Source: a virus. From it: a stretch of 64,000 bases of DNA. Numbering within the stretch: position 1 is the first letter of the stretch; every line of letters starts with the position of its first letter. Positions 33,291 to 42,217 of this stretch are shown in pieces. The stretch lies in IMG/VR virus record IMGVR_UViG_3300045988_131726. One strand, given 5' to 3'. The notes beneath the pieces are model-generated. The model was not told the origin of the DNA. It was given only the letters and a program-made list of their open reading frames with translations, and ran no database searches. The position numbers and the translations under genes are program-made.

Positions 33291-33567
33291 GCATAACCAT
33301 CAGCACCTCTTCATCCATTTCTCTGGCATCAAAGTAAGCCTCGATTAGCTTGAGAACATCCAAAAGCTTGCATTCTACAGTGCCATGTAAATTTTCTCGA
33401 ATAAGCTCGTGAAGATCCCTAGAGTCTGAGTGAATAATCTCTTTATACTCTTCCTCACTAAGATAGTGACCTTCTAAACTTTTCTTCATAGCATTGTGTG
33501 CAGCTTCAGATATCATCTCAAGTATTGACTCAGCAGATAGATTAACATGCAGGTGTTTTTTCATCAT
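33271..33567 (-). CDS. hypothetical protein (98 aa)
   Basis: Small ORF with overlapping start/stop to its neighbours (translational coupling pattern). Confidence 0.45.
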   Translation of the reverse strand: MMKKHLHVNLSAESILEMISEAAHNAMKKSLEGHYLSEEEYKEIIHSDSRDLHELIRENLHGTVECKLLDVLKLIEAYFDAREMDEEVLMVMLDKSRE

Positions 33568-33808
33568 AACTACGAGATTTAAGTGATTTGTGCTTATTAT
33601 CTCTACCGCTATGATTTCTTTTGAGACTCAGTATACTTACCTTCACATCCTTTAAGGTTTCGATCAGTTCTTTCTGAGATGAATCAATATGACCAAGATA
33701 ATTTTTTACGTCAGCCTGGAGAACTAGAATCTCTGCTAAAAGAGCTTTAATCTCTCTGTTAGGAGTGAAGAAATCCTTCATCTTCTGAATAAAAGTTACA
33801 CTAGGCAT
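33542..33808 (-). CDS. hypothetical coiled-coil protein (88 aa)
   Basis: Small ORF tiled with its neighbours. Helical heptad-like sequence. Confidence 0.45.
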   Translation of the reverse strand: MPSVTFIQKMKDFFTPNREIKALLAEILVLQADVKNYLGHIDSSQKELIETLKDVKVSILSLKRNHSGRDNKHKSLKSRSYDEKTPAC

Positions 33809-34118
33809 CCTTACTCTTAATGTTTAAGAACTCTCTCTTAAACAAGTCAATGTCTTCTGGCCCAAAAGTAATACCCAGCAAGGTCGGCTTATTAGGCATC
33901 GATCTCATCATATCCTTCAGAGCATTAGACAATGACTCAATGTCGATGTTATCATTCCCATCCGTTAAGGCGTCCATAATAAACTTATACTTAGGCTTGC
34001 TAAGTATGTTATTAGCGCCATATATTGCTACAGGTGCCAAATAAGGCACTCCTAAGTTCATGGCAATAGTACGAATCGACGAATTTAATGCGGCTTTTAA
34101 TATCTCTAAATCAGACAT
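33801..34118 (-). CDS. hypothetical protein (105 aa)
   Basis: Small ORF tiled with its neighbours. Confidence 0.45.
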   Translation of the reverse strand: MSDLEILKAALNSSIRTIAMNLGVPYLAPVAIYGANNILSKPKYKFIMDALTDGNDNIDIESLSNALKDMMRSMPNKPTLLGITFGPEDIDLFKREFLNIKSKDA

Positions 34119-34120
34119 GT

Positions 34121-34561
34121 TTATTTAATTTTATCTAGTAACTCAGGATGCTTGTCCAATAGATCTGCTACTTTCTGGAGCTTCTCTTGCTTAACAGCAA
34201 TCTCTTGCTGTGCTTTGGATTTAACATCTTTAATCACACTTAATAACCGTTCACCGGCTATCCTTCCTTCAGGGGTAGTAATGTATTCATTACTGAATTT
34301 ATTACCTAAAAAATTCATAAACCCTGATTCATAGATATTCTTAGCCTCAGAATATTCAGGAGATTTCTCAATTAATTTCTTCTCATCCTCTGTTAAATTA
34401 GATGAGATATTATTAATCTCCTCAAGTAGTGAATATTGAGGAGTACCACTTCCCATAGACTTAAGCGCCTCTATCTGTCCTTCTAACATTCGTAACTGGT
34501 TCTCCTTAGTCAACGGTGATTGGAAACCTTGATAAGCAGACCCTACTGGATATCCATACAT
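34121..34561 (-). CDS. hypothetical protein (146 aa)
   Basis: ORF tiled with its neighbours. No motif recognised. Confidence 0.5.
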   Translation of the reverse strand: MYGYPVGSAYQGFQSPLTKENQLRMLEGQIEALKSMGSGTPQYSLLEEINNISSNLTEDEKKLIEKSPEYSEAKNIYESGFMNFLGNKFSNEYITTPEGRIAGERLLSVIKDVKSKAQQEIAVKQEKLQKVADLLDKHPELLDKIK

Positions 34562-34582
34562 AGTTGTAAAGATTACTAATTA

Positions 34583-35044
34583 CTACGGAGTAGGAGCGGA
34601 TGTCCCTTTCGTAGATACAGCATATACGAAGTAACCTCTGTTAGATGCTAACATAGCTGCAGTGGGAGTAGAGTTTATCACATTCTGAGTAACCTTGCAT
34701 ACACAAGGAGGAATTATCATCCCTATAATCTTCTCAGAAGTAATATCCTCAACAGTAGGAACTGTTGAACTCTGGATTACAGCAGCATTACTAGAATGTA
34801 CTGTAAAAGTTCTACTCATATTGGTTACGTCTGTATAGCTTACCTGTAAAGCTAGATCTACTTTCGTTAAATAGTAAGTAGTTGAATCCAACGTGAACTC
34901 ACTAGTATAACGAATAGTAGGAATTAACGTAGACGTAGGTGCTACGTCAGTCCTAGCAGGAGTGGGTAAACATACATTAAATTCAACTACTTGATTTAAT
35001 GTAGTTCCCTCACCAAAGTTAGTTATTACTGTTCGTTCCATCAT
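34583..35044 (-). CDS. hypothetical beta-rich protein (153 aa)
   Basis: Thr/Ser/Val-rich ORF in the capsid region. Confidence 0.5.
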   Translation of the reverse strand: MMERTVITNFGEGTTLNQVVEFNVCLPTPARTDVAPTSTLIPTIRYTSEFTLDSTTYYLTKVDLALQVSYTDVTNMSRTFTVHSSNAAVIQSSTVPTVEDITSEKIIGMIIPPCVCKVTQNVINSTPTAAMLASNRGYFVYAVSTKGTSAPTP

Positions 35045-35066
35045 GATCCCAATTAATTAGATTCAA

Positions 35067-35600
35067 TTACTGAACTACAGTAGTAGAGGAGCCACATCCG
35101 AAACCAAAGGGATTATTCATAGGAACAGCTACCTGCGGATAGGGCGGATAGCAAATCTCTCTGTAGGGAAGCCGGATCTCACCGTCAACTTTATTCCAAG
35201 TTCGGGAATCCGTGTATCTCTCAGACTTAAGAGCTGAAATCTCTGCTAACAGAGGTTGTGTGGCTTCGATAGCAGCAACCTTCTTGTCAAGGTTTATAAT
35301 ACCCTGAGCCAGCTGGTTAGCATACTCACCAAGTCTCTGGTCAGCTCTGTTCGACTGAGAAATAATTTCTCTGTATAATTCTATGCCAACATTGTCAGCA
35401 TATTTTTCAGCTGCTAAATTAGCAGCAGCGGCTTGGTATGCAGATACCAACTCCGATTGACCGTTGCAATTACCTCCGCCAAAGAGGTTACCAAACAGTC
35501 CATTACCGCAACCGCTACCACGAAGGAGCCATCCTGCGGTACCTATAATGCCAAGAGTTAATCCGGCATTACCAACGCCTTTAGAAGCAAATTCTGCCAT
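35067..35600 (-). CDS. hypothetical Gly/Cys-rich membrane-anchored or virion protein (177 aa)
   Basis: N-terminal hydrophobic segment GLTLGIIGTAGWLL, then GSGCGNGLFGNLFGGGNCNG. GC content is higher than the window average, like the capsid genes. Confidence 0.55.
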   Translation of the reverse strand: MAEFASKGVGNAGLTLGIIGTAGWLLRGSGCGNGLFGNLFGGGNCNGQSELVSAYQAAAANLAAEKYADNVGIELYREIISQSNRADQRLGEYANQLAQGIINLDKKVAAIEATQPLLAEISALKSERYTDSRTWNKVDGEIRLPYREICYPPYPQVAVPMNNPFGFGCGSSTTVVQ

Positions 35601-35672
35601 AATTAGTGAAAGTTTTAAAAGTTAATTTGAACTAAATAAATGATATATTTCGTGCAAAATATATATGTAATA

Positions 35673-35698
35673 GGACTACTGCCCGTAAGCAGTAGCCC
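35673..35698 (-). terminator. intrinsic terminator hairpin downstream of the 358-aa structural gene
   Basis: Stem ggactactgc / gcagtagccc (9 of 10 bp) with loop ccgtaa, about 70 nt after the stop at 35770. An A/T-rich tract follows on the minus strand. Confidence 0.55.
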
Positions 35699-35769
35699 AA
35701 TATTACTCTAATCAACTTTCACTAACTCTTATAATATTACTTAATTATAGTAATTGCCCTAAACTATAA

Positions 35770-36846
35770 TTAGGCGATAATAGCCGAAATAGTCTTGTTA
35801 AGACCATCAGCAATAGTCCCGAGAACAAGACTGGACTCTTCTTCAGTACCAGCTTTACTAGTCTCACACAGAATCATAAGCTGTTTCTCCGAAGCCTGGG
35901 GAGAGGTAGCCTCACCACGATAGAAGAATGCAAGATCTACAGAGTCATAATTCTTCTTAGGATCTACCATATACTCTGTCGTAATGTTCAACGGATAGTT
36001 GTTCATACGATAGAAGTCTCCAATTTCACCATGATAGAAGTACTCAAGATCTGCTGCTACCTTACCAGCACCACGACCAAGCGAACCACCTACAGTCTTC
36101 GTAAAGAGACCTTTATCTACATCTGAAGCATCAATCCAATCAAACGACTCAAAGTTCGTATTACCAGTCGATGAAATTGAGAGAACGGGGTTGGGATAGA
36201 TGTCGAAGTTATAAGAACGAAGCTGTACCTTACCTATAATCCAAGGCTTTAGATTATCAGCAACTTCCTTGATAACAATAGTGTCTGCAGTACTACCAGT
36301 TTCACCTTGAGCGGTAAGAACCGGCCAGTCCAACTTATTGTAATTCTTACCTGCTACGCCATACATCTTATTAATCTGCTCTGCAAGACCAACAGTAAGT
36401 TCCTTCGAAAGAGCAGTTGCATCAGTAGCCGAACTCGTAGTGTACGAGACAACCCCTACCATCTGATCTTCCTGCGAACCCGACATAACCTCACGGATCA
36501 TAACACGAAGGCTATACTCAGTATTAGGAGTAAGCTCAGCCTTGTTAACCTTAATAGTTACCGTACGCTGTGTACCTACCTTAAAGGGCTTAGCAGCATA
36601 GTGTCGTATTTTATCCTTATCAACAATATCCGATTTCATGATATCGCCATAGGCATTGACATACTGGATATAAAATTTTTCGACAGCTGATGCATTCACT
36701 TCACCAGTACCAGCTGCGCCCGAGCTTCCCGAGCCTTGACCATCAACAACGACCTTATTCCCAGTCTTTAAGTCAATAATCTTCACATCGTTGGCTGCTT
36801 TGGCAACAATGACATGACGAACAGCATTTTCACTAAAATTTGCCAT
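35770..36846 (-). CDS. abundant virion structural protein (358 aa), function unassigned
   Basis: GC-enriched codon usage like the MCP, and its own downstream hairpin. Position in the capsid module. Confidence 0.6.
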   Translation of the reverse strand: MANFSENAVRHVIVAKAANDVKIIDLKTGNKVVVDGQGSGSSGAAGTGEVNASAVEKFYIQYVNAYGDIMKSDIVDKDKIRHYAAKPFKVGTQRTVTIKVNKAELTPNTEYSLRVMIREVMSGSQEDQMVGVVSYTTSSATDATALSKELTVGLAEQINKMYGVAGKNYNKLDWPVLTAQGETGSTADTIVIKEVADNLKPWIIGKVQLRSYNFDIYPNPVLSISSTGNTNFESFDWIDASDVDKGLFTKTVGGSLGRGAGKVAADLEYFYHGEIGDFYRMNNYPLNITTEYMVDPKKNYDSVDLAFFYRGEATSPQASEKQLMILCETSKAGTEEESSLVLGTIADGLNKTISAIIA

Positions 36847-36864
36847 ATTATTACATTAATTAAA

Positions 36865-37650
36865 TTATTCTACTCTGCGATTCAGAGCAATTTGTGTGTT
36901 CAAACTATTCTCCTTATAATCTCGTGTTGCTAATTCAACAGCACGATTTATAATCAATTCCCAAAGCGTAGGTGAAATCTTATCTCCTAGCTGAGCTATA
37001 GTATCTTTATCTACATTAGCTTTACGCTCTCCCATAATGGAAAGGTTTCCGATACTAATCCATTCTTCAGAATCCAGATCTACTAGTATAATAGGTTCTG
37101 GCTCTTTCATATAAGTGTAGATATACTGAAACTCTTTAGCAGTAAGATCTTCATTAGAAACTAAGATTACTTGTCGTACCGTAGTATCCTCATTAATTGT
37201 TTCATCCACACGCCATACTCGTAAGTCTGAAGGTCTCCTAAAAGGATTCCTCATAAGCCTATAGGCTTCATCAATATCTACAGGTTTAACATCTATATTA
37301 CGAGCCCTTAGACTAGGGTCAATAGGACCTTTAATACGCTCAGCTAATAGCTGAAGTACATTAGCATCTAAGTCTATAACATAAGAATTAAGCCCTTCAA
37401 TTTGATTGGGAACAAGTGTTGATATAACAGATGTTCCTGTCAAAATATAACGTGGAAGAAGTGATTTAACAGCTTCTGTACTATCAATGGTATCACCACC
37501 CATAGCACCATTATAATAGCTTGAAACAACCTCTCTATGCGCCTGAGTTAAGAATAATGATATTTCATACTCATTAAGACCTGGTGCAGCTGCACTTAAG
37601 ATATTATCATAATGTAGATTAAATTTCTGAATCAGTTCCGCTGCAGTCAT
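36865..37650 (-). CDS. hypothetical structural protein (261 aa)
   Basis: ORF tiled in the capsid module. Confidence 0.55.
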   Translation of the reverse strand: MTAAELIQKFNLHYDNILSAAAPGLNEYEISLFLTQAHREVVSSYYNGAMGGDTIDSTEAVKSLLPRYILTGTSVISTLVPNQIEGLNSYVIDLDANVLQLLAERIKGPIDPSLRARNIDVKPVDIDEAYRLMRNPFRRPSDLRVWRVDETINEDTTVRQVILVSNEDLTAKEFQYIYTYMKEPEPIILVDLDSEEWISIGNLSIMGERKANVDKDTIAQLGDKISPTLWELIINRAVELATRDYKENSLNTQIALNRRVE

Positions 37651-37658
37651 AATGTAAA

Positions 37659-38657
37659 TTATTTCTTAGAAGCTTTGATCTTAGCCTCAAGCATTAACTT
37701 ATACTCTTGATTCTTGACAGCATTGATATACCTTGCAGCATTAGTAATATTCGGATCATCCATACCTTCACAAAGCGGAGTATTGTCAGCCTTGTAGTAA
37801 AGATCACCACGCTTCTTAATAAGTCCTGCACTAATAGCATCCTTAATCATTACCTTGGTCTCAAGGTAGGGATCTTGTAGAATCTGTACAAAGAGCTTAG
37901 GATTGCTCTGCATATTCTTAAATGCTTGAGCTTGTAGCCAATCAAGAGTACTTGTATCAGATACAGGCTTACCTTCAAGAGTCTCAACTACTAGACGTAG
38001 TACAGGTTTATTCTCAAGGAATTTACCAAGCTCGAAGGATGCCTGCATAGCTACATTCATTTCCTTATTGAGAGTCTTAACCTCTTCTCCCTCTCTGATA
38101 AGCACATACCTATAGGTTGCTTTAGGACTGGTCTTAAGAGTATCAAGACTAGGAGCAATAGTATCTGAATTAGCTAGCAGAATCTTATATTTAATATAAC
38201 CATCAGGGGTAGAAAGATCCAGAATTGTATCCATCTTCCCAAGTCTTACAATAGCATTGTCAGACTCCCAATAGTTATCTTCCTTACGATAGATAGATAG
38301 TGCATTATCTTCAAGACCCATAGCCATTTCTAAGAACTTTTTCTCAGCTTTAGTGAGAGCATTCTTATATGAACCCGACATCAGAAGCGGTAGCGTATAG
38401 ATTTTAACTGCGGTTTCAGCCATACCTCCATAGAGAGCGTGAGTAGGCTTGTCAATATTACCAGTAGGTTTAAGAATACACCGTACAATAACTTTCTCAT
38501 TCTTGAGACAGTTTACTAACGGCTCTTCCTCTACAATGGTAGCTACACCTTTCTTATCTACCTTAGGACCCTTTACAGGTTTAGGTACTTCAACTTTTAC
38601 CTCATCAACTGAGGTGTCAACATCAATATCACCAATATTGCTAAAATTCTTATCCAT
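37659..38657 (-). CDS. hypothetical structural protein (332 aa)
   Basis: ATG start 62 nt after the MCP exon 3 stop, just past the terminator hairpin. Confidence 0.55.
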   Translation of the reverse strand: MDKNFSNIGDIDVDTSVDEVKVEVPKPVKGPKVDKKGVATIVEEEPLVNCLKNEKVIVRCILKPTGNIDKPTHALYGGMAETAVKIYTLPLLMSGSYKNALTKAEKKFLEMAMGLEDNALSIYRKEDNYWESDNAIVRLGKMDTILDLSTPDGYIKYKILLANSDTIAPSLDTLKTSPKATYRYVLIREGEEVKTLNKEMNVAMQASFELGKFLENKPVLRLVVETLEGKPVSDTSTLDWLQAQAFKNMQSNPKLFVQILQDPYLETKVMIKDAISAGLIKKRGDLYYKADNTPLCEGMDDPNITNAARYINAVKNQEYKLMLEAKIKASKK

Positions 38658-38680
38658 AACTTCTCCCTTAATTTAAATGA

Positions 38681-38710
38681 AGGTAAGTGGGATTTGACCC
38701 CCACCTACCT
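38681..38710 (-). terminator. intrinsic terminator/attenuator hairpin after the major capsid gene
   Basis: 11-bp stem aggtaggtggg / cccacttacct (one G.U) with an 8-nt loop. It starts 10 nt after the exon 3 stop and is followed on the minus strand by tcatttaaatt. Confidence 0.6.
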
Positions 38711-38719
38711 AATAATTTA

Positions 38720-38868
38720 TTACTCCGTAAGAATATTCGGAATCAGGCTCATGGTACGAGTCGGATCCAGGATGAAGACACCCAGAGTAGCCATCTTGTG
38801 GATCTGAGCCGAGTCTTCGGGATACGACATGTACGGGTTGTTCATGCCACCCGTGAACGGGTTTCTCA
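38720..38868 (-). CDS. major capsid protein, exon 3 (149 nt, not in the ORF track)
   Basis: It reads (L)RNPFTGGMNNPYMSYPEDSAQIHKMATLGVFILDPTRTMSLIPNILTE-stop in the frame fixed by the P1/P10-defined junction. There is no start codon, hence no ORF call. GC-rich codon usage matches the other MCP exons. Confidence 0.75.
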
Positions 38869-39217
38869 CATTTAAACGTTACTGATATACCGTTACCGTA
38901 TATCATCTACAACTTTCGTTGTAGTTCAGACTATATCTTCACTGACAAATGTCAGGCAAGGCATTTCGGAGCTACTTAGCCCCTACTCCCAAACGGGATA
39001 GTCGTTGAACCTTTAATTATAAATATCATTATAATTACTTGGCTGCTGGTTATCCAATCTTTTCTATTTTCAAACTTTCACGCTTAGTATTGCTACTTAC
39101 GTTGTAGTTAGGAAAGCTCTAAGGAACTTCCAGCAATTAACCTTGTTTTAAAGCCTCTCTTCTGTTCCTGGGTCAGGCTTGTGGGAACTGAGAAATGTGT
39201 AAAGGCTTACGCCGTTA
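38869..39217 (-). ncRNA. ORF-less group I intron (349 nt) in the major capsid gene
   Basis: P1: exon tggggaU (39224..39218) pairs with gttccca (39188..39182), with a terminal U.G. P10: exon-3 tgaga (38868..38864) pairs with tctca (39193..39189). The core shares gcagccaag, aaggYtcaacgacta and a 16-nt identical agtgaagatatagtct (38943..38928) with the polymerase intron. A P9 hairpin ctacaac-gaaa-gttgtag is present, and omega-G is at 38869. Confidence 0.8.
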
Positions 39218-40223
39218 ATCCCCACATATAACCCCGATACTCTTCCTTACCACGAACCTTAGCTAGCTGAATATTAGGCTCCTCAGTAGTACCAATACAC
39301 ATAATATCATAACGGTACGACTCTGCAACACCGCCATTCGGGTGCATGATCTTGTTACGTACCTGATCGTCGTAGAGAGGATTAACATCAATCTGAATGG
39401 TTAGACCATTAGGAGCTTTGTACTCTACAAACTGGAAACCTGCACTCAGGGCATTCTCATGAAGCTTACTTGAAGTCTTTGAAATAATAGCAGGATTAGC
39501 TGCATTGCCACCAAGATACTGGAATACAGTCCATCCAGATACTACATCAAGAACTGCCTTATGGAACTGTACAGCACCACGAGAACCAGTCTCAATAATA
39601 AAGGTACGATCTGAGTAGTCAAGCTTCGACTCTGACAGCTCGAAGAGAGCATCCTCAAGAGTCTTCAGACTAAACTTAGTGTAATAACGAGTATTACCTA
39701 CAGACATCTGAGCACGGATACCATCACCCATCTTAATGACATTACCGGACTTACCAAAGTTCAGATACTCACCGTTCTTATTACGGTTCGAGCGGCCAAA
39801 CATTATAATGTTCGACTTATATTCTGAGAAGGTTTCCTCCAGCTTATAGTCTACATGGTGAATCCATGAATTTGCTACTTGCTTATTACCAGCCTTATCT
39901 ACAAAAGGTATACCAATGGCCAGCTTCTTATCAAGAATATTTCCAGGAACCTTAGTCTGAATACGAATGTGTGACCACTCATTACGCATAGCAGTAGAGC
40001 TAGTATAACGAACATCGCCTACTTCCAGCGACATCGTATCCTCAACAGGAGCATATTCCCAGCTAAACCGCTTACCAGCAACAAGCTGACTTACGGGCAT
40101 ACCATCAAGGACGCCTCCCATAAGTTCTACAGTATAAACTGCATTCGAACCTTCAAGTCTCGGCTGACCCAGAATACGCAGGGGATAAACCTCATTAAGT
40201 TCTCCTACAATTACCTCACCATC
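39218..40223 (-). CDS. major capsid protein, exon 2
   Basis: The track ORF 39207..40226 begins at TTG with no start context. Large GC-enriched ORF following the scaffold-like gene. Its 3' end is set by the P1 pairing at 39218. Its 5' end is set by analogy (omega-G in aaattg at 40224). Confidence 0.7.
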
Positions 40224-40543
40224 CAATTTGTTATCCTAGAGGCTCTTTATCCTCTAGCTCTATAGATTTACTATCTCTATAGTTCGGAGTACATTTTAAT
40301 CCTATTAACATATAGGATCCGGACACTCTTGGAAGAATTATATTCTACGCTTTCTACTTAAATACCTAGCATAGGTTCATCTTCTACTCTCTACACTACC
40401 TATTAATATTATTTAATAGGTTAGCTCGGTATTAGCCAATCTTAATGTAGGACTAAGATAGAGGCCTTCACCGATTTTGCCCAATTTTCAGTATACATTA
40501 CTGTATAAAGCGCCAATTTTAGTAGCTAAGCTACTCTGGGTCT
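40224..40543 (-). ncRNA. putative group I-like intron (about 305-320 nt) in the major capsid gene; 5' boundary uncertain
   Basis: A 300-nt non-coding hairpin-rich gap lies between two same-strand MCP ORFs. It shares attgggcaa and gaaggc with the polymerase intron. The 3' architecture is analogous: ctatagag, P9 hairpin ctagagg-ataaagag-cctctag, then gataacaaattg ending in G. A weak P1 (cgcU/ggcg, 40514..40511) places the 5' splice site after 40544. The alternative site is after 40529. Confidence 0.5.
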
Positions 40544-40906
40544 AGCGAACCAGTCTTCGGGGAAAACAACCTTGAAGGGCTGTCCATTGGCACCAGCAAA
40601 AGTCTCAGTTTCCTCATTATTCTCAAGAACCTGATCACTCATGTCACGAGCCTCAATGATCGGAATATTACGACGCGAGCTGCCAATAACTTCCCATGTA
40701 TACTCATCATCAGTCTCAAAGTACTTAACAGGGAATCTCTGGAGATAACTATCGAGACTCTTGCCACGATGCTGAGCCAGAAGCTGTACCATAATATTAG
40801 TAGCTTTCTGAGGCGCACGACCAAAAATAGCTCCGATGTGGTTATCTCGGGTTAAGCCTTTCCACGAAGTGAAGGCTTTCATTTGAAATTTACCTAATAG
40901 TTGCAT
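40544..40906 (-). CDS. major capsid protein, exon 1 (about 121 codons)
   Basis: ATG ORF 15 nt after the scaffold-like gene. Read-through ends at TAG 40528..40526. The best-guess junction gives ...FPEDWFA|DGEVIVGE..., for a 505-aa three-exon product. Confidence 0.6.
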
Positions 40907-40921
40907 AATTTATTAATTTAA

Positions 40922-42082
40922 TTAAACGTCAATTCTGTCAATGAAGTCATAGGACTCTTCCTCCGGCTCCATATTAAAGTTAACGCTACCATCATCCAAA
41001 GTTCTAGTATTGTTAAGTTTATGCTCTAATTCTCGTAGGGCACCTTTCTTAGCTTTAGTTAGCTTCTGATTAACTAGCTTATCAATATTCTTAAAACCAT
41101 CTGTAAGCGTATACATTAGAGAAAGGTAGTATTGAGCATCTAAAGAATTCTCTCTAATATACTTCTGAATAGGAGTCATAATATGACCATCCTCATCTTT
41201 GTAACTAGCCTTGGTCATATTATTATAGACCTTCTCACGAGTACCCTTATCAAGATTAATACCATCAAAAGGTTTATCAGTATTTAGCACCTTAGCTTTA
41301 AACTCTTTAAGCTGTTTCTCCTGAGCAGCTTTTGCAGCAGCAGCAGCAGCTTTTCTTTCCTCAACAATAGAATGATACTCTTCTTTATAGAAGTCTAAAC
41401 AGCTTTCAAGAGCTGCCTTAGCATCTTCAATATCTGTACCAGCATTAATAGATCTCTCTACTTCCCGCTGAGCACGTTCTTTCTTAAATCCACGATTAAT
41501 ATAATCGTTGTATATAATCTTCTTACGAAGTGTTTCTGCATTGTCAGATTCAGCTTCAAGCTCCTCTTCAGATATATCAGAGAGATACTGAATAGCTCCC
41601 TCATAACGCTGAATAACATCAGGTTCAACACCGGCATTAAGCATATCTCGGATACGTTTCTGCTCAGCATCTAGACCTGCATCTATCTGCTTCTTTAAAG
41701 CTGCAGCAAATGATTCACTATCCTTTATCTCCTTGATTTCATCTTCGCTTAAGTCCGGGAAAATACCATCTTCGTAACAAGCCAGTGCGACGGAAGCAAG
41801 TATTGGTGTATTGGGAGAAGTTTTATCGCTAGGATCCTTGTCCTTAGTGATATCTTCCCCGCTTAAGCTAGGATCAGGATCTTCTCCTTCTCCATCCTCA
41901 GCACCTCCGCCCTCTTGCTTACCCTTAAAAATCCCATTAGGATCAGGGTCCGCATCTGTACTGGTATCTGTAGGAGGATCGTTACTAGGAGCTCCAAACT
42001 CCAGATCTTCCTCCTCAATTTTAATATCAATAGCGTCGTCTCCGAACGCATTGAGTAAATCCATTGATAAAGTTTCTTCCAT
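40922..42082 (-). CDS. putative scaffolding protein (acidic, coiled-coil)
   Basis: 386 aa with a very acidic low-complexity N-terminal third and Ala/Lys/Glu-rich helices (ERKAAAAAAKAAQEKQLKEFKAK). It lies immediately upstream of the MCP and has its own promoter. Confidence 0.5.
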   Translation of the reverse strand: MEETLSMDLLNAFGDDAIDIKIEEEDLEFGAPSNDPPTDTSTDADPDPNGIFKGKQEGGGAEDGEGEDPDPSLSGEDITKDKDPSDKTSPNTPILASVALACYEDGIFPDLSEDEIKEIKDSESFAAALKKQIDAGLDAEQKRIRDMLNAGVEPDVIQRYEGAIQYLSDISEEELEAESDNAETLRKKIIYNDYINRGFKKERAQREVERSINAGTDIEDAKAALESCLDFYKEEYHSIVEERKAAAAAAKAAQEKQLKEFKAKVLNTDKPFDGINLDKGTREKVYNNMTKASYKDEDGHIMTPIQKYIRENSLDAQYYLSLMYTLTDGFKNIDKLVNQKLTKAKKGALRELEHKLNNTRTLDDGSVNFNMEPEEESYDFIDRIDV

Positions 42083-42135
42083 ACTTCTCCAAAATTTTTA
42101 ATCTTAATTAGTTAATCTCTTTACATAGATTAATG

Positions 42136-42167
42136 CAAATATATGAATATTTTTTCATATATAAAAT
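42136..42167 (-). promoter_or_regulatory. Bacteroidota-type promoter upstream of the scaffold/MCP operon
   Basis: On the minus strand the -7 box TATATTTG is at 42143..42136. The upstream sequence ATATATGAAAAAATATTCA matches the 32804 promoter. The -33 region is only TTTTAT. Confidence 0.55.
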
Positions 42168-42217
42168 ACTTTTAGAAATTCACTAATAAATTACACCAAT
42201 AATTACTACTTTATTTC

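Noticed and set aside
35651-35670. A sixth member of the promoter family upstream of the 177-aa gene
   Set aside because: The TA-rich TTTTG element does not fit TAnnTTTG in register. The -33 position falls inside the terminator hairpin with no TTGG.
38687-38906. Two overlapping small ORFs (38687..38875 plus strand, 38709..38906 minus strand) in the gap after the capsid ORF
   Set aside because: Both lie across MCP exon 3 and the intron 3' end in the wrong frame or strand. The frame fixed by the P1/P10 junction gives a far more protein-like sequence ending at 38720. These are by-products of the GC-rich exon.
39207-40906. Reading the split capsid gene as a pseudogene or as two independent genes
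   Set aside because: The downstream pieces start at TTG or have no start at all. The gaps fold into hairpin-rich RNA with group I hallmarks. Base pairing specifies in-frame junctions. An essential single-copy capsid gene is unlikely to be decayed in an otherwise intact block.
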